IMG/VR virus record: IMGVR_UViG_2703718673_000017
Origin: a virus
Lineage: Duplodnaviria; Heunggongvirae; Uroviricota; Caudoviricetes
DNA length: 9,706 nt
Reading direction: 5' to 3' (one strand)
Part shown: positions 1-6,662 of the stretch, piece by piece
Layout: every line of letters starts with the position of its first letter
How positions within the stretch are numbered: the first letter of the stretch is position 1
Program-made: the position numbers and the translations under genes
Notes under the pieces: generated by a model
Seen by the model: the letters and a program-made list of their open reading frames with translations, nothing else
The model's database searches: none
What the model was told of the DNA's origin: nothing

Positions 1-60
1 CGTCCCCACCGCTGACGTGGTGTATGACACACCCGTTGTGATTTTTTCCATCTGGTACAT
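1..60 (-). CDS. S: Holin, 5' portion only (class II S21/Stx-phage-like); gene continues past the window start
   Basis: Minus-strand ATG at 60..58 and a second in-frame ATG at 51..49 give MYQMEKITTGVSYTTSAVGT..., which I recall as matching the N-terminus of S21/933W-type pinholins with the Met1/Met4 dual start. SD GGGAGA (72..67) lies 6 nt upstream of the first ATG. Position downstream of nanS fits a lysis cassette. Truncated by the window edge. Confidence 0.7.
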   Translation of the reverse strand, partial: MYQMEKITTGVSYTTSAVGT

Positions 61-135
61 GCCCCGTCTCCCGCAATCCGGAAGCTCGCAACAACAGGAG
101 GGGCATCAGCTCACACCGACAGCCCCTGCGTATGG

Positions 136-405
136 TTACATCATCATTTCGCCGCCAGGCTGAGGCTCACTGCTACCGTCAGGCTGAGACACAACGCCAT
201 CTGAAACAGCACTGTCACCCGCGCCGTCTTCAGGCTCAGGAGCAGCCGGTCCCCCCAGCAGCTCATCCAGAATGGCATCCACTTCAGCATCAAGACGCGC
301 CTCAAGATTCTGGCGGAGTTGCTGTTTCAGTGCGCTTCTGACTTCTTCAGAGCGCAGGACGTCCTTCACTGCTTCAGCAGTGACCAGAGATTTTATTTCT
401 GACAT
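136..405 (-). CDS. Hypothetical protein, 89 aa, helical N-terminus and acidic Pro/Gly/Asp-rich low-complexity tail
   Basis: Internal ATG (405..403) of the track ORF 136..561. The N-terminal extension in the track overlaps the 60-aa gene in another frame and looks non-protein-like. Weak SD (GAGA). No family recognised. Confidence 0.45.
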   Translation of the reverse strand: MSEIKSLVTAEAVKDVLRSEEVRSALKQQLRQNLEARLDAEVDAILDELLGGPAAPEPEDGAGDSAVSDGVVSQPDGSSEPQPGGEMMM

Positions 406-442
406 GGGATTTTCTCGTTGAAAGGTGTTGTTAAGAAAGTTG

Positions 443-625
443 CTACGAAATGAGAGGCTCTTCGGGTTTTGTTCCGGCTGACTGGCTGGCGCTGATTTTT
501 TCCGCCGCCGCGGCATCAATCTTTTTGCGTATATAGTTCCGGATAACCTTATACCCGCCACTTACCAGATATAACGTGCACACCACCGTGCAGAAATACA
601 ATAAAATAAGCTGTACAAATCTCAT
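443..625 (-). CDS. Small membrane protein, 60 aa, one N-terminal TM helix and a basic C-terminal tail
   Basis: Track ORF. Strong SD GGGAGGG (636..630) 4 nt upstream of ATG 625..623. Hydrophobic segment FVQLILLYFCTVVCTLYLV. Lies between nanS and the holin. Confidence 0.55.
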   Translation of the reverse strand: MRFVQLILLYFCTVVCTLYLVSGGYKVIRNYIRKKIDAAAAEKISASQSAGTKPEEPLIS

Positions 626-719
626 TATCCCTCCCGGTTATTGATATGGTGTTGACATCGTTAATACCTGTTGGTTAAAAAAGTGTCCTGCATGTTTTGC
701 TTTGGATATAACGACATTT

Positions 720-767
720 GCCGCCGGTTCTGGCTCCTTGTTTTCCCTGCCCCGGCGGCCTTTTTTT
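720..767 (+). terminator. Plus-strand terminator-like hairpin with T7 run
   Basis: Perfect 8-bp GC-rich inverted repeat gccgccgg (720-727) / ccggcggc (752-759) with a 24-nt loop, followed by c + T7 (761-767). The T-run is on the plus strand only; on the minus strand it is preceded by A7. Sits just 3' of the nanS stop codon (773-775). Confidence 0.35.
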
Positions 768-772
768 CCTGC

Positions 773-2710
773 TTACGGGTTATTCACTTCCACTGTTATA
801 CTTTCAATCAGCACCGGATATGTCGCACCGCTAGTGATATCGGTCACGCGCAATTTGTCTGCCGTAAACGTGCCGACCGGTGACTGTGACAGCATGAACG
901 GCGTCCCGTCCTTACCATCAATGACCGGCGTCACCTCAATACTGTTGTTACCGGCAAAACGGAAGCCCAGCGTATGCCATTCGTTATCAAATGCGCCGAA
1001 TGACCCCAGCTTCGTGTTCTGACCAGCATTTCCCTTGTGGTACATCACATTAAGGTCTGTGGCATCGCTCTGTACGTAAAACGACGCCAGCAGGTTATGA
1101 CCGGCATTACCTTCCAGTGTGACGCCCTGAGGCAGTGAAGAAACCGGCCAGTACAGCGCCAGTGCGTACTGATTAGCTGTCAGTGTGCCATCAACTTTAA
1201 AACGACAACTGATAAGCCCGCCCTTCTCCAGCAGGTCTGCGCCATTACCGGCATCATGCTGCATAAACCACGAGGAACTTCCTGTCTGTTTGGTCCACCT
1301 CAGCGCCTTACCTCCTGCAGCACCTGCATCATCAACTACCAATGCACGCCCTCCTTCAGCTCCCCATCCCTGCGGATTCAGTAAACCACCTGACTCTGTT
1401 GCACGGTAATAAAGCAGCGTTGTCACTGATTTCCCGTCCGTTGACGGTGTTGATGGTGTGTCCGGTGACGGCTTCTCATCCGGCGGCATCACAACCTGTT
1501 CCCCACCCACCAGTTCAGCCGTCCGTCCTGCATGGAGAAGAATCGCTGAGGCAAGACGGTCAGAAATAATCCCCCTGCGTGCCCATGAGCTGAAATGGCT
1601 CGCACGGTCTGCTGACGTCCAGTTTGCCGACGTCCGGGAGGCCGCACCGTAATATCCTGATGCCGGAATATCCGGGTCTTCTTCCGGTTTGTTCGTCGGG
1701 ACATTTGCTCCGTTCTCATCGGTCATGAACGGCACAAAGTGAATATTCTTTTCCGTTTTGTTTTTGTAACTGCCGTACACCGTCTGGTAAGTGGATTCGC
1801 TCTTCTGCTTCCAGAAATAAGTTGTGTCTCCACATATCCAGGGAACACCGTCAGCAGAACCACCAGCGCACTGTCCCACCATATCTGCAAGGTCCGTACG
1901 ATATTGTTCCACTACTTCTGTAAAACGGGCTGTGTGATTTGCTGGCGTTCCGTCAAAGTCAAATTCCCCCTGCATCCACACCACGGCAAGCAGCACATTT
2001 TTCGGGTTCTTTGCCAGCGCGGCTTTTGTACGACCGATGAGATCCTTATACAGCGGCCTGCCCACACCCCAGCGGGTAGAACTCTCTGAGGCACCGGTCA
2101 CGTCACTGTATGTTCCATCTGCCCCGGTGGTGAAAGCTGAACCACCACGGCAGCACGGAACCAGAAGAATACCCGCATTCGCCGGTATAAACGGCAGCAG
2201 CTTTTTGGCAATATGCAGCCCCTGCCCCACGGTTCCGTACTGACCTTTCGACAGGTCAGCTTTCGGATGGTTAAGACGGCTCATGTCCTGTACATCATGC
2301 AGACAGTGGTCTGCCGGAATAATGTCGTTATATTTACAGGGAGCGCCATCCGGCGTCACTGTGCTGCGACGAGCCAGTTGCTTTATACGCGGGTCAGGAC
2401 GGTCATATGTCTGCGGCAGAGGAAGCCCCTCACCGTAAGCCATGCCGTTCGACTGCCCGGCCAGTGGAATAACGTAGTAATAATCTGGCTCCGTGGTGAC
2501 CACTCCCGGATAGCCACCATCCCCCGTGCCGGGCACAACCACTGGCGTGGTCACATCCCCCTCCGCGGCAATCGCCTGCATCAGGGTATAAGGGGTTATG
2601 GCCACAGGACTACCAAACGGCTGCCAGCCCTCTTTCAGTTTGTGTGTCAGCTTTTCCGCAAGATCTGACGGCGACGCCGCCCTGACAACATCATAATGTT
2701 TAATCGACAT
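773..2710 (-). CDS. nanS: Prophage-encoded sialate (9-O-acetyl-N-acetylneuraminic acid) O-acetylesterase NanS-p, 645 aa
   Basis: Track ORF with ATG start and SD GGGAGA 6 nt upstream. N-terminus MSIKHYDVVRAASPSDLAEKLTHKLKEGWQPFGSPVAITPYT is what I recall for EHEC/Stx-prophage NanS-p (DUF1737 N-domain). Followed by an SGNH/SASA-like esterase core, a Pro/Thr/Ser-rich linker (PPDEKPSPDTPSTPSTDGKS) and a C-terminal beta-rich domain. Sits between Q and the lysis genes, as in Stx-type prophages. Confidence 0.9.
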   Translation of the reverse strand: MSIKHYDVVRAASPSDLAEKLTHKLKEGWQPFGSPVAITPYTLMQAIAAEGDVTTPVVVPGTGDGGYPGVVTTEPDYYYVIPLAGQSNGMAYGEGLPLPQTYDRPDPRIKQLARRSTVTPDGAPCKYNDIIPADHCLHDVQDMSRLNHPKADLSKGQYGTVGQGLHIAKKLLPFIPANAGILLVPCCRGGSAFTTGADGTYSDVTGASESSTRWGVGRPLYKDLIGRTKAALAKNPKNVLLAVVWMQGEFDFDGTPANHTARFTEVVEQYRTDLADMVGQCAGGSADGVPWICGDTTYFWKQKSESTYQTVYGSYKNKTEKNIHFVPFMTDENGANVPTNKPEEDPDIPASGYYGAASRTSANWTSADRASHFSSWARRGIISDRLASAILLHAGRTAELVGGEQVVMPPDEKPSPDTPSTPSTDGKSVTTLLYYRATESGGLLNPQGWGAEGGRALVVDDAGAAGGKALRWTKQTGSSSWFMQHDAGNGADLLEKGGLISCRFKVDGTLTANQYALALYWPVSSLPQGVTLEGNAGHNLLASFYVQSDATDLNVMYHKGNAGQNTKLGSFGAFDNEWHTLGFRFAGNNSIEVTPVIDGKDGTPFMLSQSPVGTFTADKLRVTDITSGATYPVLIESITVEVNNP

Positions 2711-2796
2711 CGAATTTCTCCCGTGTACAGGAACAGAGTTAAAAAGCCGGAACCGGAATCAAATCACAGGATGACCATCTGCCAGTGGCTGGTCGT

Positions 2797-2823
2797 AAAA
2801 AAAAGGCCGCGCCATGCGCAGCC
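2797..2823 (-). terminator. Rho-independent terminator (minus strand) 87 nt upstream of nanS
   Basis: Minus-strand RNA forms an 8-bp stem (ggctgcgc / gcgcggcc, one mismatch) with a 3-nt loop, followed by U8 (plus A-run 2797-2804). Confidence 0.5.
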
Positions 2824-3024
2824 GGAAATAAAGGGATAACGATGATAGTTTGAGAAAAACAGAAATAACACTTTTGTGGCAAAGCATGGTGCCGGGTGCC
2901 TCCCGGTGAATTCAGTACCAGCACCTGAATCCGCGATTATCCCATATACCTGGTTGCTGATTGCCCCTCCGCACAGGGGGATTCGCCATGCAGTAGTATT
3001 TTTAATAAACAGTAAACAAAAAAA

Positions 3025-3422
3025 TCAAGCATTATGCAGGCTGTTTCTTTTTATCACCGGCCACAGCAATACCACAATGCCGCAGACCAGCCCCCCATCC
3101 GCCAGCACCGACATGATTCTNNNNNNNNNNNNNNNNNNNNNNNNNNNNNNNNNNNNNNNNNNNNNNNNNNNNNNNNNNNNNNNNNNNNNNNNNNNNNNNN
3201 NNNNNNNNNNNNNNNNNNNNNNNNNNNNNNNNNNNNNNNNNNNNNNNNNNNNNNNNNNNTAATTTCTGACGTAAACGCGGACAGCGCTGGCTGATTACGC
3301 AGTACCTGTTCGATCTTCGCTTTCTAGGAAGCCTCACATTCACCATCTGCACAGGCCACCAGGTATGCGGCGTTAATCACCGCCTGTGCCAGATCGCGTT
3401 TCTCAAACTTTCCTTTTTCCGG
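3025..3422 (-). pseudogene. Degraded cargo gene at the Q-proximal moron site: TerB-like fragment with in-frame amber, split by the N gap, plus a C-terminal hydrophobic fragment
   Basis: Minus frame 3422..3327 encodes PEKGKFEKRDLAQAVINAAYLVACADGECEAS, then in-frame TAG (3326..3324), then KAKIEQVLRNQPALSAFTSEI up to the gap. No ATG in this frame after the upstream TAA (3425..3423). The A..A.ADG...E.AKIE pattern resembles TerB-family domains. After the gap, 3120..3025 encodes ...IMSVLADGGLVCGIVVLLWPVIKRNSLHNA*. The frame relationship across the gap cannot be determined. Confidence 0.3.
3121..3259. other. Assembly gap (139 N)
   Basis: Run of n characters. Track ORFs spanning it (translated as X) are artefacts. 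Confidence 0.99.
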
Positions 3423-3525
3423 TTAACGTGACACACCAATAACTCTTGTCGAAAAAGCCAGCAAGCAGAAAGACCGGTATTCACAACCACCAGCGCGTTT
3501 ACTGTACTGGCGTGATTTCAGTCAT

Positions 3526-3548
3526 AAAAAAACCCGCCTGGCGACGGG
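3526..3548 (-). terminator. tR'-like rho-independent terminator downstream of the Q-dependent late promoter
   Basis: Minus-strand RNA acccgucgccaggcggguuuuuuu: 6-bp stem (one G.U), 4-nt loop, U7. Located about 65 nt downstream of the putative PR' start, consistent with a short 6S-like late transcript. Confidence 0.6.
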
Positions 3549-3596
3549 TGTAAAAAATCTTCTAACGTCAGGCATAAAACGCCCATCGTTAGGGCA

Positions 3597-3624
3597 AATT
3601 TACCACAGATTCGGGAAAAATCAA
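3597..3624 (-). promoter_or_regulatory. Putative late promoter PR' (and presumably the qut region) immediately downstream of Q
   Basis: Minus strand: -35 TTGATT (3624..3619), 16-nt spacer, extended -10 TGgTAAATT (3605..3597). Position right after the Q stop and before the tR'-like terminator matches lambdoid late-operon organisation. Confidence 0.45.
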
Positions 3625-3629
3625 CAAAG

Positions 3630-4451
3630 CTATCTGGTCACCTTTTTCAGTTGTTGTTCTGCCCATGCTTCTTCAATATCAAACTGCACCACCAGCGTAT
3701 CGTAAAAACGTTTAACTGTTTTTTTCCATGTATCAAGAGATATGGCATCGGTTACATTACATATGGCATTAAATGCCTCCGTTGAAGGTAATCTTTCATA
3801 GCCACGACCACCACAACGCTGGCAGTCTCTGATAACAGGCATACCACGTTTTACCGACTCTTCACGATGAATGGCAACACCGCGCCCACGAAAATCTTTA
3901 CAGGCGGTGGAAACCTCCCCCTTCCCTCCACACTCCGGACAGGCAACTTTTACCACCTCCCTGACTTTTTTCCATTCCTCCCAGTAAGACGGATACACGC
4001 CTTTTGTGCACTTTGCCCACACTGGCGGCTTACCATCCGGATACTGGATCTTGTTTGTAAAAACCTCGCTTTCAATAAATTTTTTTCCGTGACAACAGGG
4101 GCACTGTTTTTTGCTCGCCGCGCTACGGGCATAATCTTCAAACGCATACGAAGCCATAATACGCATCACTGCCGGTTTTATTTCTGCCGGGAGTTTTCTT
4201 AACGCCGCCACGCGATCACACCGACTGAGTGCATATTCTGTCAGCAATTCTGTTGCCCGCTCTCTGTCATTCATACTAATGCCCATTTTCCCAAGGAACG
4301 CAGAAAACCCCATCTCAGCCCAATTCTGTGTCATGCCCTGCGCGGCCATCACATCAGTGATACTCAGCGTATCTTTCGACGTTGAGGCCGATGCATCAGT
4401 CAGGCCGGGGGATTTTGGGGAGTAGTATTTCGGTAAATCTTCCAGTTTCAT
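3630..4451 (-). CDS. Q: Late-gene antitermination protein Q (Phage_antitermQ family, QuuQ/Q82-like), 273 aa
   Basis: Track ORF. ATG overlaps the rusA stop (ATGA at 4451..4448). Motifs YSPKSP, DVMAAQGM, FYDTLVVQ and Cys pairs (CPCCHGKK ... CPECGGKG ... CQRCGGRG) resemble Qin-type Q proteins as I recall them. Position immediately 3' of rusA and 5' of PR'/tR' is diagnostic. Confidence 0.8.
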   Translation of the reverse strand: MKLEDLPKYYSPKSPGLTDASASTSKDTLSITDVMAAQGMTQNWAEMGFSAFLGKMGISMNDRERATELLTEYALSRCDRVAALRKLPAEIKPAVMRIMASYAFEDYARSAASKKQCPCCHGKKFIESEVFTNKIQYPDGKPPVWAKCTKGVYPSYWEEWKKVREVVKVACPECGGKGEVSTACKDFRGRGVAIHREESVKRGMPVIRDCQRCGGRGYERLPSTEAFNAICNVTDAISLDTWKKTVKRFYDTLVVQFDIEEAWAEQQLKKVTR

Positions 4452-4822
4452 TTTTTGACCTGCCCTTCAAGCATTATGGGGTAAATCTTCACCCCCAGAC
4501 GTCCACCAGATACTGGCTGAGCACGAACGATATTGATTTCATCAAACTGCTCATCGTCCATTAGCAACCCCGCATGCGTCAGCGCATCCAGCGGCGCTTT
4601 CAGAATATTGTCCAGGTCACGGCGGCGCTTATCCGGTGGCTCGGCAATAATCTTTATCGCCAGCCTTCCGGACAGGCTTAATTTCAGCCGCTGCTGGCGA
4701 ACAATAAGCGCCACAGCCCGGCGATAACGCTCACCGGCTTTTGATACAAAATATGTGCTGCCACGACGTCGCCAGTAGGTGTTCACCGTCGGCGGGTAAG
4801 GTAAAACCAAATCTATGAGCAT
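4448..4822 (-). CDS. rusA: Holliday junction resolvase RusA, 124 aa
   Basis: LPYPPTVNTYW and PDKRRRDLDN match RusA signatures (E. coli RusA has LPWPPSNNRYY and PDRRRRDLDN). SD AGAGGTGA 4 nt upstream of ATG. Classic nin-region position just upstream of Q. Confidence 0.85.
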   Translation of the reverse strand: MLIDLVLPYPPTVNTYWRRRGSTYFVSKAGERYRRAVALIVRQQRLKLSLSGRLAIKIIAEPPDKRRRDLDNILKAPLDALTHAGLLMDDEQFDEINIVRAQPVSGGRLGVKIYPIMLEGQVKK

Positions 4823-4834
4823 CAGTCACCTCTT

Positions 4835-5884
4835 TTACCCGAGCACGCCAGTCGCAAAGGCGTGATCAAGAAAACGAAAAATTAACTCAATCTGAGAGCC
4901 GTACTTTTTCTCAAACTCCAGCGGGTCTGCATGAAGTTCGTTGTGGTGCTCCCGGCACAACGGTAGCGTGAAAATATCGTGGGCCTTTGTCCCCATTCCC
5001 CCCTGACCATGACCAATCAGGTGATGCGGATCGTCAGCAGGCTTACCACAACACGCACACGGCTGTGTCTTTACCCAGCGCGTGTATTTCTCATTAACCC
5101 AGCGGCAACGTTTAGGCCGCCTCATGAACGATTCAGGAGACTCCGGATCAACGGCGATACTGACAACCGTTTTTTTCTGTGGTGGATTTTGTTGCTGGTG
5201 GACGTGAAGTGGCAGCGCAATATTTTTTGTGCGCTGCTTCAGTATGCTGATGGCTGTCTGTTCTCCCGGTACGATGTCACTCTCACGGTATACGGAGCGG
5301 ATTTTTTCCGCTGGTAATCCCAGCGAACGACGCGCTACTGCCTCAGGTAGTGCATCCACCACCTGATTGCAGGCCGCCCACCAGGATAATTCAGCCAGCG
5401 ATAATTCACGCTCCTGTGTGCCATTCATTGCGTGACGAATGACGTCAATCATCCATGCTGACAGGTTTTGGTGAGCAAGTTGCTCAAGTGATTCGGAGGT
5501 CTGGTCACGCAACTGGTTGTCGCAGTGCCAGCACAACACCATTGCGCCGGTACCATAACGGTGAATGACGGTTTCACTGTGGTGATAATCGCCGTGTGGC
5601 CACTGGCAGGATTTAACATGGCGCAGTAACCAGTCAGACAGTGCGCCAGCGCCACCAGCAGCACGAATCACTCGTTCGTCGCTGAAAAATGGCAGTAATG
5701 ATTTATCCTCCGCCAGCGGCTGGCGAACGGCAGGAACGACCCCGGACGGCAGATTACGCATGCTTTTCGGTTCCGGCTCCACCAGTACCCGGGTATTGTG
5801 GAATACCGGCATGGATTCACGGCCCGGCTTAACGATCACCAGCCCGAGTTCCGGTACCAGAACAGGTCGAAGTAATACCCGCAC
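4835..5884 (-). CDS. DUF968-type nin-region protein with C-terminal HNH/zinc-finger-like motif (YdfU-like), 349 aa
   Basis: Track ORF. Start codon is GTG (5884..5882) with SD GGAGG (5893..5889) overlapping the stop of the upstream gene. C-terminus CACCGKPADDPHHLIGHGQGGMGTKAHDIFTLPLCREHHNELH looks like an HNH-type nuclease motif. Same relative position as ydfU in Qin. Confidence 0.6.
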   Translation of the reverse strand: MRVLLRPVLVPELGLVIVKPGRESMPVFHNTRVLVEPEPKSMRNLPSGVVPAVRQPLAEDKSLLPFFSDERVIRAAGGAGALSDWLLRHVKSCQWPHGDYHHSETVIHRYGTGAMVLCWHCDNQLRDQTSESLEQLAHQNLSAWMIDVIRHAMNGTQERELSLAELSWWAACNQVVDALPEAVARRSLGLPAEKIRSVYRESDIVPGEQTAISILKQRTKNIALPLHVHQQQNPPQKKTVVSIAVDPESPESFMRRPKRCRWVNEKYTRWVKTQPCACCGKPADDPHHLIGHGQGGMGTKAHDIFTLPLCREHHNELHADPLEFEKKYGSQIELIFRFLDHAFATGVLG

Positions 5885-5885
5885 G

Positions 5886-6164
5886 TTACCTCCAGATGCG
5901 TTGCTGGAATGTGCGGGACGGACGCGGTGGGCGTTCGGAGTAAGGAAGCCTGACGGAGATTATCCAGTGACGATAATCGAGACTGAGGGCTTTCTTAACC
6001 TCGTATCCGCGCCTGCGGTAACACTGAATCAGCCATTCAGCCTGTTCTTCGGTGCAGGGGTCGTGCTGATACCAGTCAGATTTGAATGCATGAGAACGCC
6101 GCCCGTGCCTGCTGGCAGGGGCGGCAGAGTTATCCGAATTGTAAAATTTGGTATCGTGCGCCAT
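5886..6164 (-). CDS. Hypothetical small protein (about 92 aa), possibly Rem-like by position
   Basis: Internal ATG 6164..6162 of track ORF 5886..6293. The longer N-terminal extension would translate through the hok mRNA terminator and fbi element, so it was rejected. Stop is tightly coupled to the start of the downstream DUF968 gene. Weak SD. Sits where rem lies in Qin (hokD-rem-ydfU); sequence identity to Rem is not verified. Confidence 0.5.
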   Translation of the reverse strand: MAHDTKFYNSDNSAAPASRHGRRSHAFKSDWYQHDPCTEEQAEWLIQCYRRRGYEVKKALSLDYRHWIISVRLPYSERPPRPSRTFQQRIWR

Positions 6165-6235
6165 CTGTTTTCTCTGCTGGCGCAGCAGGTGCCAGTTGTT
6201 CAGGCTGACGGATGGATTGTAAACCAGAACGACCA

Positions 6236-6261
6236 GAAAAAACAAAACCCGCCGAAGCGGG
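6236..6261 (-). terminator. Rho-independent terminator at the 3' end of the hok mRNA
   Basis: Minus-strand RNA aacccgcuucggcggguuuuguuuuuu: 5-bp GC stem with a UUCG-type tetraloop, then a U-rich run (plus A-run 6237-6247). Confidence 0.6.
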
Positions 6262-6331
6262 TTAAGTGCGGGTGCGTTGAGGATGCCTGACACATCAGCG
6301 GTGGCGAGGGATTTCTCCCCCGCCTGGTCTC

Positions 6332-6487
6332 TTACTCCTCAGGTTCGTAAGCTGTGAAGACAGCGACCTCCGTCTGGCCGGTTCGGATTCGTACCTCGCA
6401 GAGGTCTTTCCTCGTTACCAGTGCCGTCACTATGACGGTTAAACAGATGACGATCAGGGCGATTAACATCGCCTTTTGCTGCTTCAT
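6332..6487 (-). CDS. hok: Hok-family type I toxin (HokC/Gef, HokD/RelF-like), 51 aa
   Basis: MKQQKAMLIALIVICLTVIVTALVTRKDLCEVRIRTGQTEVAVFTAYEPEE matches the Hok/Gef family (compare Gef MKQHKAMIVALIVICITAVVAALVTRKDLCEVHIRTGQTEVAVFTAYESE). SD AAGGAG 8 nt upstream of ATG 6487..6485. Confidence 0.9.
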   Translation of the reverse strand: MKQQKAMLIALIVICLTVIVTALVTRKDLCEVRIRTGQTEVAVFTAYEPEE

Positions 6488-6544
6488 AACCTGCTTCTCC
6501 TTGCCTTTCGGCGCGTAAGAGGCTAACCTACGTTTGTGAAGCAT
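6332..6544 (-). CDS. mok: Mok-like in-frame N-terminally extended reading frame overlapping hok (70 aa)
   Basis: Track ORF with ATG 6544..6542, extending hok by 19 codons in the same frame, as in chromosomal mokC/hokC. GAGG lies 9 nt upstream. Confidence 0.6.
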   Translation of the reverse strand: MLHKRRLASYAPKGKEKQVMKQQKAMLIALIVICLTVIVTALVTRKDLCEVRIRTGQTEVAVFTAYEPEE

Positions 6545-6610
6545 AGATTGGGCCTCAGATTAATGTTAAGCGTCTTGCAGGACGCGTAATGTTAACTGGG
6601 GCTTTTCTCT
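6540..6610 (+). ncRNA. sok: Putative Sok-like antisense RNA (boundaries approximate)
   Basis: Plus strand, antisense to the mok translation-initiation region. Candidate promoters: TTGTGA (6534-6539) with ATTAAT (6559-6564), or TTGCCT (6501-6506) with TAACCT (6524-6529). A 7-bp closing stem (6552-6558 with 6596-6602) is followed by a T-rich run 6603-6610. Ends are inferred by analogy to R1 hok/sok and are not verified. Confidence 0.35.
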
Positions 6611-6662
6611 GTCTGCCTTACGGTGGCATGCCCGAGGCAGACAGCCTCAAGCACCCGCAGCA

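Noticed and set aside
136-561. Full-length 141-aa track ORF
   Set aside because: Its N-terminal 52 codons overlap the 60-aa gene (strong SD) in another frame and are Arg/Pro-rich junk-like. The internal ATG at 405 was used instead.
2213-2668. Plus-strand track ORF (151 aa) antisense to nanS; likewise 1739..2089, 702..1022, 1185..1652 and other plus-strand ORFs inside nanS
   Set aside because: They lie entirely within the strongly supported minus-strand nanS CDS, have non-protein-like Cys/Arg/His-rich composition and no SD. Treated as antisense artefacts.
2876-3352. Track ORFs 2876..3262 (+), 3034..3294 (+) and 3032..3352 (-) that read through the N run
   Set aside because: They are translated across unknown bases (X) and their flanking translations are not protein-like; the minus-strand frame analysis is given under the pseudogene feature.
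2711-3629. tRNA genes (ileZ/argN/argO-like) and stxA/stxB expected at this position in Stx phages
   Set aside because: No T-arm (GTTCGA-type) or acceptor-stem pattern found on either strand, and no ORFs resembling toxin subunits. The interval is only about 0.9 kb including the gap. A tRNA hidden entirely inside the 139-nt gap cannot be excluded.
3487-5659. Chi sites: GCTGGTGG on plus at 5195-5202, and on minus at 3487-3494 and 5652-5659
   Set aside because: Three octamers in 9.7 kb is not clearly beyond background for E. coli-type DNA; no evidence of functional clustering.
5760-6290. Plus-strand track ORF (176 aa) antisense to the 92-aa gene and the hok terminator
   Set aside because: It overlaps credible minus-strand features and has low-complexity Ser/Thr/Arg-rich translation with no RBS.
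5886-6293. Full-length 135-aa track ORF
   Set aside because: Its N-terminal extension would be translated through the hok mRNA terminator and fbi element (NPLRRVLFF is the translation of the terminator hairpin). The internal ATG at 6164 was used.
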